NCBI GenBank assembly: GCA_048772705.1
Contig: JBLWGC010000204.1
Location: forward strand, 62,001 to 126,000
DNA: 64,000 bases
Direction: 5' to 3'
Source of the DNA: Leidyana gryllorum EB-2025a
Taxonomy: Eukaryota > Protista > Apicomplexa
This document shows positions 22,501 to 34,323 of the stretch, piece after piece. Under the pieces are notes generated by a model. It saw only the letters and a list, made by a program, of their open reading frames with translations, was not told the origin of the DNA and did not search any database. The translations under genes and the position numbers were made by a program. Each line of letters begins with the position of its first letter. Position 1 is the first letter of the stretch.

Positions 22501-25500
22501 CGGTCTGGAAGTGGAGGCACCACTGTTGAGCGCCGACTTGGGCTCCGGTAAGATCGGTTTGGTGGGCTGTTTAGCTCGACGCGTTGCTGACCACGGATTC
22601 AGAACGACGAGTCGATGTCGCAAGATACTCTCCGTAGTGGCCGCATGATCCTTGAGCCTACCGCAGGTACCCATGAATGCATTGACTGGTTTGGCCAAAG
22701 GAATTCGGGTGGCCTGCCGAGCCTTTGAAGAGGGCGGAATATGCGGTGCCAGTCGCTTGGACTTTTTCCCAGGCTGTTTGGCCTTGCGAGCGGCCATCTC
22801 GGGGCTGCCCAGAGACTTGACAACATGGACGGTTGGACCTCCGGGAGCCAGAGGAACTGCCATGACAATCTCCTCGGGCACTCCGGGCAGATCCGCTATA
22901 GTGCGCAGCTTTCGAACTCGATCAGCAGACGTATCGACCCTCTTCTGAGTCCAATCGACCTCTTTCTCATACACATCGAGTCTCCGTTCGAGAGTCATAT
23001 TGTCAGCGAATGTCACGGGTTTGCGTTGTTCGAGTTTCATCATGACGCGCGCATAAGGAAAGATGTCCTCGAAGCGGCCTGGAAATATGTATTTGCGGGT
23101 GTTGATGTTCTTCGGCAGATTCATCCGAAGTAACGTCCCCCGGCACGGTCTGTAGGTTTTGTAGAAACAGTTGGTGGTCTCCGTGGGTATCTGGTGGCCA
23201 CCGACAAAGTCAACATCCAGCGGCTTTCCTGTGATGAGGCGCTCCACTGCCTCCCAATTGCCGGTGATGAAGCGTACGTGGCCGCTCATGCGAGTCAATT
23301 GAATGGAATAATCTCCAGAAAAGTCATCTTTCCAGACAGAATTCACACGTGTACCAGTGAGGACGCCATAGTGAGTCGCAAAGACCTCAGCGGGAGGGCT
23401 GCAGAATAGTCGCAGTCGGCTGGTGTTCCTGAGATACAGTGTTGCTTTATCGCCCTTGGCATTGACTTCTAGATGGCCTTCGGCCTCTCGCAGCCCACCT
23501 ACAACCAGTCACCACGACAAGTCGTGGAAGAATAATGAATGCTCACCATACACGGGGAAGGAGTCCTCGCCGTCCTGGATTTGACCAACCACTGGCGGGG
23601 GTTTCCTGCGGGGTGTCGGTCCGAGGGGAAACTGGTCAGACCTGTGAGCTGTACAACATGTGGAGTGACTTTTGCGGACATCGATTGGCACCTACGCGGA
23701 TACTCGTATTCGGCCCACGGCATATAGACTTTGGCGCCCGGCCCGACCTCCAAGTCAGAACCGGCACTCAGGACTTTGATCGGATGGTCTCCACTGAGTA
23801 GCTGAAGAGCGGGTTGCTCCACTCGCAAGAACCATCGCTTGCCATCACTTCGCAGCAGCTCCACCTCGTGTTGGTACTTGGGATCGCCTCTGAAGGACTT
23901 TAGGCGGAACTTGGTGGGGACTACCCATGTGTCCTTTCCAATGAAATATCGCGCTCCGGTAAAGTCTTTCATAGTGAAGGGTACGCACTCATCCTTCGAG
24001 CGGCACACGAGGATCTTGCAGGGATCACAGTCTTTGGTGTCGATCGCGGGCTTGTCATCCAATTCTCGTTCCCAGAAAGAGGCGATATATCTACGTCTCT
24101 CCACAAATTGTTGGCGGTACGTCTGTTCCCACTCCGCTTTGGTCAGTGAGGCAATCATTGAGCGCATTCCACCGAGCACCTCAAAGTGGATGTAATAGTG
24201 GTCAGGTCTCATCGGGACGTCATGTTTGGAGAGGGACACCCATTTATTGACAACGAGTGCCGGTCCGTCCATCCATCTCGGTATCTCCCCAACCAAAGTC
24301 TCCGGTACCGGTGGCAAGGTGAGTTGAGTTGACTCCCGAGGTTGGTCAAAACCACCTTTCACATAACCCATATACTCGGCTGTGAAGGTTCTGCCCAAGT
24401 CCATACGCATCACCTCGTAGTTATCCATTGTCTTCCAGCGAGGAGTCGAGCGGGCGGGTTGGAATAAGGACCATAGTGCCCATAGCGGCTGTGCGAGCTG
24501 AAGTTTAGAAGACGGACCCTGGATACGGACATCGTCTGGGCACGGGAGTTCTTTGATGGGCGGATAGTACATGACTCCCTTGACGAGTCGTTCAATTCTC
24601 TCGGGATGTGGCCGTCGCTCGAATCTCACCCCTTTGACTTCTCGGAAGTCGGTGTGCACATCGTTCATAAACTTGTACTTTGCGACCTCGGTTGCCCGGG
24701 GAGGATCCTCGGCATTGAGTATAAGATATCTGCTTTCCAAGAACGAGTGGAAGCACGAGTAGAAGGGGCTCAGTGAGGTGATGCGAGGTATGTTCCCGAA
24801 AACATTGAAGATCTGTGTAGCTCCCAACATACAGAGGAGGAAGTCGGCTGGAGACATTAAGTGTCCATCACAACTCGTCGTGGCCCCAGCCACCAACGAG
24901 ACCAATACAACTTCAACAGTCTGGAATCTCAGTCTCTCAGGCGGCCACACATAGAGTGTTTCCTCGTCCAGGAAACGGTCTAATCCATACTCCTTCTGCA
25001 ACAGATAGTTAAAATAATCACGTTGCTTCTCGTGATCAGATATGATCGCAATCTTCCAGCCGTGAGCCAGAGTAACTTCCCAGTAGTCTCGCAGACTCAT
25101 CATCACTTGAAGCGCCTCAGCCCGATTCACGTGATGGTTGGCATCCCAGCTGATGGGTTCGTCGCCACTCCACACAGAGTGGTCGAAGTCCCACGTGGCA
25201 CTGTCAATCCACGCGAGGCTTGGGACGGATGCATCGACCCATGTGGGGGGCCGCTCGAGTCCGTCATCATGAAAGTGGTCGGGTCCCAGGAGATGGTGAA
25301 GAGCGGCAACAGTTAAGCCTGGCACATGGGTAGGGAGGGTGGACCGATAGATCATGCGATGTTTCTTGTCCAATTCTTGTCTCATCATGAAACAGACCAT
25401 TGAAGGATAGGGAGTATACATTCGTTTGAACGGGTGAAGAGTGTGTTCCAAGCGTTCACGCGGCAAACCGTCATCAATTAGGATGCAGCTCGAACTGCGT

Positions 25501-27006
25501 GAGCTCGGGATAATTGTGTCCAATTCGCTCGTGGAAGCAGCGTCTACCACAATAACATAGTCAAATATACGTCCCTGGCGCTCCATTTCGGTCGGTACAT
25601 TCTCAACGACGCCCAAACACGTGTCGAAACAGACCTCCGCCTCCCAGATCAAACGCATTCTTTCAGTGCGCAGGCCTTCTGGCACAAAGACGTCATCGTC
25701 GTACCGGAAGTCCTTATAGATGTTGCGTTCCGGCATCTCTAACAATCTATTGCGATCTTGCGGAGCCAACCCATGGCAGACACGAGCTGGGTGACCATAG
25801 GGAATGTCTTCCACACACAAGTATTGAAGGTATAGGGGTACACACTTAGGTGAAGAGAGAATGAGACACCTTCTGCCTCTGAATTGATCTGTTGACAGGG
25901 AGAAGAATATTGAACGGTCGCGCCGCGTCTCACCAATTGTGTGCCATAGTATCTTTCTACTTGTGGCTACCACCAGAATGCGAGGACTGCGCTCGTAGAG
26001 CTTCTGAATGGTCGAGAAGATCGTTCCGATGTGATGGTGGCCATCTGTAGCCCTGATGACACTGTACGGCTGCGTTGCGGCGGCCCCGAAGACGGCCTTC
26101 CTCATCGCATCGGAGAGACTCCGATCCGTCACCAGCAATCCGGAGTCCAGGAGGGCCAGATTGATGTGGGCCGGCGGCGGGCCTTCGGCCACAAAGTCTA
26201 CAGATGGGCTGCAGTAAAGAGAGAGAGAAATGAGATGGATATTTCGGAGAGACTCACTTGGCCAAACGACTTCTGACCCATCGGAAAGTCTCGACGAGGC
26301 GGATGTTGTCGATCGATCTGCGTTCGGATTGAGTGATGGTGAAGGTGGAGCTTTTGTGCAGATCGAGAGCAATAACATCAACTGCGTGAACCACCACTTG
26401 GATGGCTTTCCGGCCAGAGATGTTGAGGAGGTATCCTACGGCACAGACGGTGTCCAGTGACAAATCATAGTTGGCTACAGAGTCGACGTGGAGGTCTACT
26501 CGGTGTATGCGGTTCAAGCCAGGGCCACTGACATTGAGGTGTCGGCGTTCGGATTCCGGCACAATAAAGGTAAGTATACTTGTATGTTTCCCGGAGTACA
26601 GATTGTCGCAGAGTCTAAGGCCACGAAGTCGCCACGTTATGCATCGATCGAATAAGTCCAGATTGTGCGGCTGGTATCGTGCGGCTGCGTGTTCTGCCAC
26701 ATCTTGTACTATACTGGAGAAGTGAGGCCGGATCCATTTCTCTATTGCTGGAGCAATAGGCCTCTCAATGAGGTTGGGGGGCTCTTGTTCTTGCCCGTTC
26801 CCGAACAATAAGAGAGCAAAGAGCTCGTCAAGATCCCATCTTTGAGATTCATAGAGCAAGTGAGGATGTAGAATGTCGCGATTTTCGAATAGCCGCGCCA
26901 TTCTGGGTCCCGTTACTCTCCGCGATACTTTGGAAGGATAGTCCCGGACATTGATATGATAAGCAGGCGCCGATTCTGGCACGGATAGATATCGTTTCCC
27001 AACCAT
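16513..27006 (-). CDS. Giant ~3,419-aa protein: N-terminal degenerate Upf1-like helicase fold, unknown globular region, long disordered region and C-terminal helical domain (6 exons)
   Basis: GT-AG introns 26209-26257, 23649-23695, 23499-23546, 18674-18716 and 17910-17956 (43-49 nt) join the ORF-track segments in frame; spliced length 10,260 nt. Helicase remnants: RILVVATS, EAEVCFDTC, FDYVIVVDAAS, NRAEAL, IAIISDHEKQR, VEVVLVSLV. Confidence 0.78.
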
Positions 27007-27279
27007 TGTTGATTAGCTAACTACTAAAGAGGGGCGGTCGGGCGGGCAGGCAGAAGAATAGGTAAACAATCACTTTTTTTAAAGCTTCTGGATTCAGTGT
27101 TAGTGTGAAAACCCTTATCTTGAAGGGGGAGGGCTTGTCGTCGTCGATAGCGCGCTCAGCGAAGCAAAATCCACTTTGGGCACACACTGACTCAAAAAAT
27201 AAGTGACACTCTTGGCCGCCATCACAGTATGAGACTACACTGTCTGTCTCGTATATATGAAACTCGAACAACTCTATCG

Positions 27280-28281
27280 TCAATCGTCATCGTCTTCCAC
27301 GCTGCCGCCGAGGCATCCGGCTAGAAACGGCAGAAGGCGTGCGAACAGAGGCATGGGTTTTGCCCTCTCGAAGCTGATCGCCTGCGTGTTTCTAACGGTT
27401 CCTATCTGGCTGGCTTTCCGGCCGACGGCACCAGAGACTGACGATGGCACCCCGTCATTGGCGGTAGTCGTTGTACTCGCCATACTCAAAGACCGATGTG
27501 GAGACTGATCGCCCCCACTGCCCGGTACCTCTGTATATCCTTTGATTGTCCGCTGGTCTTTGATGGCGAGAGGCGGGGGGATGTCTGCAAGCCTGGAGAC
27601 GACTAGATGACTGGGTGTCCTTTTCCCCAAAGTCGTCGACTGTGTTGCCGCTATCTGTGCCCGACTGCCAAATGAGTGGATCTCGACGTGAAAGTCGGAC
27701 TCTCGATCTCTATTGCCTGGGTGATGGGCGTAGACGGATAGAGTGTCGGAAACACTGACTAAACTCTGGATTCTTGTAACTCGGCGAGGGTCCAGAAACA
27801 AGGGCGTCGCCAACTTGATGACTTCCTCCACGGTCTCCGGGAGAGCTACCAGATCCCAAAGTTCCCACATTCCAAGGAGAGTGTGATCGCGGCCACGGCA
27901 TATGATGGTACGTCTCTGTACTTTCCGGTTGCTGAAGTACTTACACAAAACAAACCAGTGCCAGCTCCCTCGGGCCAAACGCATAGAGATGTGAGAAGCC
28001 CTGAAGGCTGGATCTATATCACCCAAACGCTCGAACACGCGCTTCACCAAAGAGGCTCCATTGTCTACACACCGAAATAAGGTGTGTAAGACTGTATCCG
28101 CCTGGTCAACTTGATCCTTTGCCAGACCAAGTTGTATATTACAATGCGCAGTCATCATGACGACAAAAACAAACACACCGGCACTCTGCTGTCCCACACA
28201 TTTCCGTTCCAACAATGGATTAATATTGTTCGAGTCTGTGATAGAGAAAGAGAGAAGAGAGAATAACAGCAACGCTAACAA
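27280..28281 (-). CDS. Hypothetical protein
   Basis: 333-aa ORF with globular-looking composition; no motif recognised; real start probably the internal MMTAH. Confidence 0.5.
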   Translation of the reverse strand: MLALLLFSLLSFSITDSNNINPLLERKCVGQQSAGVFVFVVMMTAHCNIQLGLAKDQVDQADTVLHTLFRCVDNGASLVKRVFERLGDIDPAFRASHISMRLARGSWHWFVLCKYFSNRKVQRRTIICRGRDHTLLGMWELWDLVALPETVEEVIKLATPLFLDPRRVTRIQSLVSVSDTLSVYAHHPGNRDRESDFHVEIHSFGSRAQIAATQSTTLGKRTPSHLVVSRLADIPPPLAIKDQRTIKGYTEVPGSGGDQSPHRSLSMASTTTTANDGVPSSVSGAVGRKASQIGTVRNTQAISFERAKPMPLFARLLPFLAGCLGGSVEDDDD

Positions 28282-28290
28282 GAATCTGAA

Positions 28291-28995
28291 TTAGCTCGCG
28301 ACCACATTGGCGAAGGGCAAAGCCTCAGCAACTGCCGCCTGAATGTTCTCCGGTCGCAGATGGCTCTGGAAATCAGTGTTCTTCGCGTACTCCGCGAGCT
28401 TCTCTACTTCAGCCAATGAGGGGGCGTCTTGGTCTACCAATAAACGCACTTGAGCACTCAAGTGCTCAGCTTCAGCAATGACATCATTGTCGAGCATCTC
28501 CACCGGGATGGGTACCTCCACGAACCGGGGAACATAGATAGGTACCTTCACCACACGGTACTTGGGACGCAGAGTTGGCATCACGAGTTCGTATTGAGTC
28601 TCAGTGGCAACAGGAACGGGGATAGTTCTCTCAACATCCTGAGGCACTTCAACAGTCACATATTCGGGAACTTCGACGTTCACGTAGTGGGGAACTTTCA
28701 CCTCCTTCACGACCACTTTCTCTTGAATGTCGGGAACTTCAACCACACGCTCCACGGGGACTTCTTTGTACTCGATTTCAGGCACCTCCACTACTTTCTC
28801 TTTGTACACAATCTTTGGAACTTCCACAATGCATTCCTGGTACTCAATCTTGGGCACATGTGTCACTCGCTCCTGGTACACAATCTCGGGCACCTCCACA
28901 ATCTTTTCGATGTACTCAATTTCCTCAGTTGCCATTGGAGGCTTCGTAGTGGCACTGCTCGTAATCCGACTGTCGTTGTGGTCTGTGGTGGTCAT
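28291..28995 (-). CDS. Alveolin / inner membrane complex (IMC1-family) protein
   Basis: Repeated EKIVEVP / EKVVEVP / ERVVEVP Val-Pro-Glu motifs typical of alveolins. Confidence 0.9.
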   Translation of the reverse strand: MTTTDHNDSRITSSATTKPPMATEEIEYIEKIVEVPEIVYQERVTHVPKIEYQECIVEVPKIVYKEKVVEVPEIEYKEVPVERVVEVPDIQEKVVVKEVKVPHYVNVEVPEYVTVEVPQDVERTIPVPVATETQYELVMPTLRPKYRVVKVPIYVPRFVEVPIPVEMLDNDVIAEAEHLSAQVRLLVDQDAPSLAEVEKLAEYAKNTDFQSHLRPENIQAAVAEALPFANVVAS

Positions 28996-29225
28996 CGTCT
29001 AAACCGGAACCCAAAAAAACAAATTAAAACACATCTTAACAACGACTTGAACACAATGACTTCAAGAATCGATCTTCTCTCCTCCGACACTTAGTCTCAA
29101 ACGCCCAACAGACACAAATTAATTTACCCAAACACTCTCCCACATCTCAGCGATTTGTGTGACGCGCTCTCCCCGACCCCAGCGACATTTTCTTACGCAC
29201 CGACACAAAGACTTTTTGGTGTGAC

Positions 29226-30934
29226 ATGGGGGTCAGTCTGCATATTGCTCTTCTCGGACACGTAGACGCTGGAAAAACAACGCTAGTTGAGGCTCTGGGA
29301 CGCCGGGCCATCTCGACCTGTCATTCCACAGCTTCTTTGGATCGCGCTCCCCAGAGCAAACAACGGGGGATCACTCTGGACTTGGGTGAGATACGAACGA
29401 AAAGCGGCAACTGGCCAAAATACAGCAATCACATCACAGGGTTCAGCGGCATCACTCTGGCCAATGACACCAGCGTGTGTCTCGTCGACGCTCCGGGACA
29501 CACATCTCTGTTTCGGTCGGTGGTGGCTGCCGTGCAGGTGGTCGACGGCGCACTGATTGTGATCGATCTGCAAAAAGGAGTCCAAGAGCAGACAGTGGAA
29601 TGCCTCCAATTGGCGGCCGCCTTTCTGGAACGCGTTCTGATCGTCTTTTCCAAGGCCGACCTCGTTCAAGATGCAGCCGCCACAAAGAGCGCTCTGCTCG
29701 CTAAAGGACTGACCGCAGTGTGGTCGAAGCAGCTCAAAGCGCGGGGGAAACTCGAGTTCGCCACTGTCTCCTCCAAAGAGGTGCAGGGAATGGACAGCAT
29801 ATTGCAGTGGATGTCGCGAGTTGCTGACCCACCGCCAGTCCGCGACCTCGACTCCCAACTAGTCGCCCCTGTGGATCACCACTTTGTACTCGCGGGTCAA
29901 GGAACCATCGTCACCGCCACTGTGGTCAAAGGAAAGCTTAAGATTGGAGACTCTGTTCTCTTACTCAAAGCCAACGCGACGGGAACAGTCAAACGGATAC
30001 AAAGTTTCACCAAAGACATCGACACAGCGGTGGCCGGCGACAGAGTCGCTTTGTGCATACCCGGCCTCAATCTCAAGAATGTAAGTCCCAAAGTCCTCCT
30101 TCCCGATGGGACGGACTCCACATAAACTCGTGCCCGACAGGCGACCAATAGGGATGTATTGGTTTCGCAGCGAGGGGGAGACAAGCTGCGCACCACTTTT
30201 CTCGTCGTGAGATTGAAGCGGTTCCATCGGTTTCGCGGCGAAGTGAAGGGACGGTTTGAAATGCTGATTTGTCTTTCCCATTTCGCGGTGATGGCTCAGA
30301 CACTATTGCTGTGGCCCGATCCCAGCAGCGAGGACACGGAGACGGCGGATATGTGGGCGAAGGCCCGCTATCTGTCTCACGCTTGGGAGGCGGGAAGTGA
30401 AGCTGACACTGTTTTGGCTTTAATGCGAACGCATAGACCTGTTCTGGTAGGGCTCGGTGTCTCTCTCGTGTCAAAATACGGGCGTCACAGGCTCAAGAAA
30501 GGGCGCGCTTCATTGTTTTGAGTGAGGGCAAAGAGAGCGACCAAAGACTAGCCTTTGTTGGTACCGTACTCAAGTCGGGAGACGACGAAGAGAGGAGGGT
30601 GAAATCGGACCTGCGGGTGATTCGATCTTCAGTCTTAACGGGCGAAATCGAGAGAGTAGATGAGAATGGCAGGTGTCTCATCGTCAAAAATCTCTTTGCG
30701 GCCGTTGAACACGTCCGCGCGTATCTGAACCATCGCGTCTCCATCGTCTCTGAAGTGAACGATCAGCAAACCGTTTTGGCCAAAGGAGTGGTGGCGAGAC
30801 CCTTTGCAAAGAAAGGCAAATGCGAGATTGAATTAGACGCACCTTTTGTCGACCGTTCTCCCGAGGAGGGCTGTAAGGTGATATTGGAGCACACCAAATC
30901 GGTCGATCTGCGCGGCTTCTGGGGCCCCAAATGA
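29226..30934 (+). CDS. EEFSEC: Selenocysteine-specific elongation factor (eEFSec/SelB)
   Basis: GHVDAGKT, DRAPQSKQRGITLDLG|FS, DAPGH, VDHHFVLAGQGT, GDRV, SK...RLAF, PFAKKGK. Introns 29386-29439 and 30081-30140, plus an unresolved one near 30480-30535. Confidence 0.85.
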
Positions 30935-30948
30935 GCGATCACCATTTC

Positions 30949-31524
30949 TTATCTGTATGTATGCGACATCAAACAACGTCTTGACGACTCGCCCTCACGG
31001 ATTAGTTTGTTGAGTCCCGCAGTCAGTTTCTGGAATGGCTGCACTCCGCCGTGTTGACCGGGATGAGCCGGTTGGCTGGGAGGAGGCGGAGCAGCGGCGG
31101 AGGGCGCAGCGCCGGGGGGCTGATTCACCACAACCTGTTGCCAGGGATTAGCTTGTTGAGAGGGGTACGCAGGATAGTTCGGGGCCCCTCCGCCTTGACA
31201 CATCGGCGGCTGTTGGTGGTATCCGGGGGGAACATGATGTCCGGGCGGGGGATAGGTGGGAGGGACCTGGCCCGGTCGTTGATAACCACCTCCTCCTGGC
31301 TGAGTGTAGTTCCCTTGAGGCGGCGGGTAGTTCGATTGAGGAGGATAGTTTCCTTGGCTTGGATATGCTGGTTGTGGGGGCTGTTGGCCCTGTGGGCGAG
31401 GGACGTGAGACAGACCAGAGAAGGTCGGAGGGTCCGTAGGTTGGACTGGCAACGGGTTGTTGGCAGCTGGTGGGGGCGGAGGATTGTAGCCACACAGTGG
31501 CTGCAGTACCGCTTGGGTTGCCAT
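30949..31524 (-). CDS. Pro/Gln/Tyr/Gly-rich low-complexity protein
   Basis: MATQAVL...YPSQGNYPPQSNYPPPQGNY...; 3' end may be spliced. Confidence 0.55.
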   Translation of the reverse strand: MATQAVLQPLCGYNPPPPPAANNPLPVQPTDPPTFSGLSHVPRPQGQQPPQPAYPSQGNYPPQSNYPPPQGNYTQPGGGGYQRPGQVPPTYPPPGHHVPPGYHQQPPMCQGGGAPNYPAYPSQQANPWQQVVVNQPPGAAPSAAAPPPPSQPAHPGQHGGVQPFQKLTAGLNKLIREGESSRRCLMSHTYR

Positions 31525-31561
31525 GACGAGGGGGGTGTGTGACAAAAAAGTGAACAACTAA

Positions 31562-32509
31562 TCAGGGCTGCTTGGAGACCAACTTGACTGTACGAGGTCG
31601 AGACCAATGTCCGCCGCCCGTTGTGCCATCGTCTAATTTAAGCGATCCTCGTAGCAATGAGAAGTCGGTGAAAAGCATACGCATTGACGATGAATCGGTT
31701 ATTTCGTGTTGAACATCCACCTCTTCCCCCAAACCGGCGATTGCCTTCTCCTCAAGAACCCGCCGCTCCAATGTACTCAATAAGCCGTGCCACTCTGCGT
31801 TAGACACATTAACCAGCAGATCCAGAAGTGTTCGTGTGACATCATTCAGATTGTACCGTTCCTCCAGCTTTAGTGAACTGGCTAGAGACTGAACAGCCGT
31901 CGGTGTCCGCAGATTCACTCCCAGATGGAGGCCGAGTGTAGTGTATGCGTTCTCCGGGAGGGCCGTCAAATTGGGCTCGAAGCTCAGGCTGAACTTCCCC
32001 GCGTCTGCTGTGTGCTCTTTGAAGACGGCAAAGCCTTTGTCAGTCCTCGGGAGGTCGCAAAACATCCCTCCTATCTTCGAAAATCCCACGACCAAATCGT
32101 TGGGGTACTTCATCTTGACATCGGTCGAGGAGAGTTTCCTCAATTCCAGCGCGATGGAAGCGCCGAGTACAGAGGGCAACCCCTCAAGACACGTCTGTCC
32201 ATCATTCTCCGCGTCAGCGTTCAGCGAGCGCACGGCTGATGTGGGCACTTTGAAGAGGAAAGATCCAAAGAAGTTTCCCCCCTCCGGTACCCATTCCCGT
32301 CGTTTCCCATCTGCCCCATAGGTCCCAACACCCGCGGTCTGATAACCACAGGATAAGAGTACAACTTGATGGGTGTTTAGGAACTGAACATATTCAGACA
32401 GCAGAGGGTCGCGAGATATCGACAGATAGGTACTCGGTAGGGACTCGTGATGAATGTGAACAAACGACGACATTGTTGGGAATTCGCAAAAGGAGAAAGT
32501 CTCAATCAA
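31562..32509 (-). CDS. Biotin-protein ligase (BirA/HCS)-like, paralog A
   Basis: LPST, QTAGVG, W..EGGNFFGS, KYPNDL, KIGGM, GVNL match the BPL motif order. Confidence 0.78.
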   Translation of the reverse strand: MIETFSFCEFPTMSSFVHIHHESLPSTYLSISRDPLLSEYVQFLNTHQVVLLSCGYQTAGVGTYGADGKRREWVPEGGNFFGSFLFKVPTSAVRSLNADAENDGQTCLEGLPSVLGASIALELRKLSSTDVKMKYPNDLVVGFSKIGGMFCDLPRTDKGFAVFKEHTADAGKFSLSFEPNLTALPENAYTTLGLHLGVNLRTPTAVQSLASSLKLEERYNLNDVTRTLLDLLVNVSNAEWHGLLSTLERRVLEEKAIAGLGEEVDVQHEITDSSSMRMLFTDFSLLRGSLKLDDGTTGGGHWSRPRTVKLVSKQP

Positions 32510-32522
32510 TCACACACTAATG

Positions 32523-33413
32523 CTACGCCTGAGTCTCCAGCTTTATGGAACGAGGCCGAGCCCATTGGGGCGATGAATTTGCATTGTCTTCAATCGCACC
32601 GAGTTGAAGAGCCCCCAACCGAAGAGAAAAGCAAAGCAGACGCATCGGTACCGCGTCCGTGTCTTCAACCGAATGTTGCACTCTGACCACTTGGTTCAAT
32701 CCGGCGACAAGTTGATGTGTTTCGGCTTTCTGCTGCAGATCGATGAGAACGTCCTTCCACTGTCTCTGCGTAAGAGAGACCCACAGATTGCACAGTGCTC
32801 GGGTCAGCTCGCCCAGACTGAGGGAGGTGATTGCTCCTGCGATGCCCGCAAGAGATTCAGGCTGCTGTAAATTGACTCCCAAATGGAGACCAATCAGCGT
32901 TTGCGCACCGTCGGGTAACGCGTCAATGTTGGGAACAAAAGTCAAAGTTGAAGACTCGTCGTAAAGGGCGTATCCTTGGACGCCACGGGGTGGTTCGCAA
33001 AGCATCCCTCCCACTTTGAGGTTGTCGAGGAGTATGTCATTGGGGTATTTCATTTTCAAGTCTCGTCCCGAGAGCCTGCGGAGTTCCAGCGTTACTGCGG
33101 CTCCCAGAACGCATCGTATTCCTTCTCGACAAGTCTCTTCACTCGAGCTCTGATCGCTGGCTTCCAGAGAGCGGAGCGCCGCGGTGGGCACCTTGATGAG
33201 GAAGGATCCCATAAAGTTGCCAGACTCTGTGACCCATTGGCGGCGACTTCCGTCAGCATTGCAGGAACCTACGCCAGCCGTTTGATGGTCACAAGAAAGG
33301 AGGAGAACATTGTGGTCAGACAGCAGTTCCATGTACCTGGACATGGTGACTGGGTCTGACATTTGCAGATAGGTGCTCGAGAGCGAGCGGTAGTGGAGGT
33401 GAAGGAAGGACAT
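32523..33413 (-). CDS. Biotin-protein ligase (BirA/HCS)-like, paralog B
   Basis: LSST, QTAGVG, W..ESGNFMGS, KYPNDI, KVGGMLCE, GVNL; collinear with paralog A. Confidence 0.78.
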   Translation of the reverse strand: MSFLHLHYRSLSSTYLQMSDPVTMSRYMELLSDHNVLLLSCDHQTAGVGSCNADGSRRQWVTESGNFMGSFLIKVPTAALRSLEASDQSSSEETCREGIRCVLGAAVTLELRRLSGRDLKMKYPNDILLDNLKVGGMLCEPPRGVQGYALYDESSTLTFVPNIDALPDGAQTLIGLHLGVNLQQPESLAGIAGAITSLSLGELTRALCNLWVSLTQRQWKDVLIDLQQKAETHQLVAGLNQVVRVQHSVEDTDAVPMRLLCFSLRLGALQLGAIEDNANSSPQWARPRSIKLETQA

Positions 33414-33544
33414 TATTGATTGATTGATGTGAGAGAGAGGTTTGCACGCAAAAGTCAGAATGCGGTATTATTTGGGACATTTTCGAGTCGATGACTTTGT
33501 TCATGGGTGCGATGGTGGCGGAATTGAGGGATAAAAAGGAAGAG

Positions 33545-34120
33545 TCACTCTAAGTGGCTATCTGTCGAGTCTGCAGGTGAGGAGGCCGCCGTGAGGGGGT
33601 CCTCCGAGCCCTCGTACTGCGTGGCATCGTCATCGTTGAGGGCGCATTGGAGATACGATTTGCTAAAGTAAGGTCGAAACCCGGGCCGCAGTACCAACCG
33701 AGAAGTCCTTGTTGGATCGGCGGTGTCCGGATACTCTATCCAGAGTTCCAAGACATGGAAGATTGCGTCGTCTACATCTTCTTGTGTGGTGAGCGATGAC
33801 GATAATTGATCTGCTGGAATATCACATCGGATGCGGAACCCCACGCGGATAGGTCCTTCCAGCGATTCACTGGGAATATCCAATGGGGCACTGAGCCTTT
33901 GTACCGGATGTCCCCACACTGTGACGTGACATCGCCCATGTTTGAACGGCTCCAATAGTGGTCGACCATCAACGATCTCAGGTACCGATCCATCGTCACT
34001 GTGCCAGACCGGCGCCTTTTTGGCACTCTGCTTTCGCGTTGGGGGATATCTGCACTTTGCCGCCCGGCCTCCTTTGATCGTCGCGGTATCAGTCATACGG
34101 GCGGCCACACTTTCTGTCAT
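33545..34120 (-). CDS. Hypothetical protein
   Basis: 191-aa ATG-initiated ORF, no recognised motif. Confidence 0.5.
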   Translation of the reverse strand: MTESVAARMTDTATIKGGRAAKCRYPPTRKQSAKKAPVWHSDDGSVPEIVDGRPLLEPFKHGRCHVTVWGHPVQRLSAPLDIPSESLEGPIRVGFRIRCDIPADQLSSSLTTQEDVDDAIFHVLELWIEYPDTADPTRTSRLVLRPGFRPYFSKSYLQCALNDDDATQYEGSEDPLTAASSPADSTDSHLE

Positions 34121-34323
34121 ACGTGAGATCGTTATGTATCAATTTTCCTCCCAATTCTCCTAAAGGAAAATGTAGTGATAAGTACCGGTGTCACTCTCTC
34201 TGAAAAGGAACGAAGAACGGTAGTGGGAAGGCGCGAGCCGAGATATTCGCGGACGGGAGCGCCTCCCCCCGGCGGAGCTGTCATTCCATCCCGCGCTCTA
34301 ACAGCCAGAGAGAGCGTGGGTTG

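Noticed and set aside
27017-27283. 88-aa ORF between the hypothetical gene and the giant gene
   Set aside because: TTG start, and no splice path found to either neighbour.
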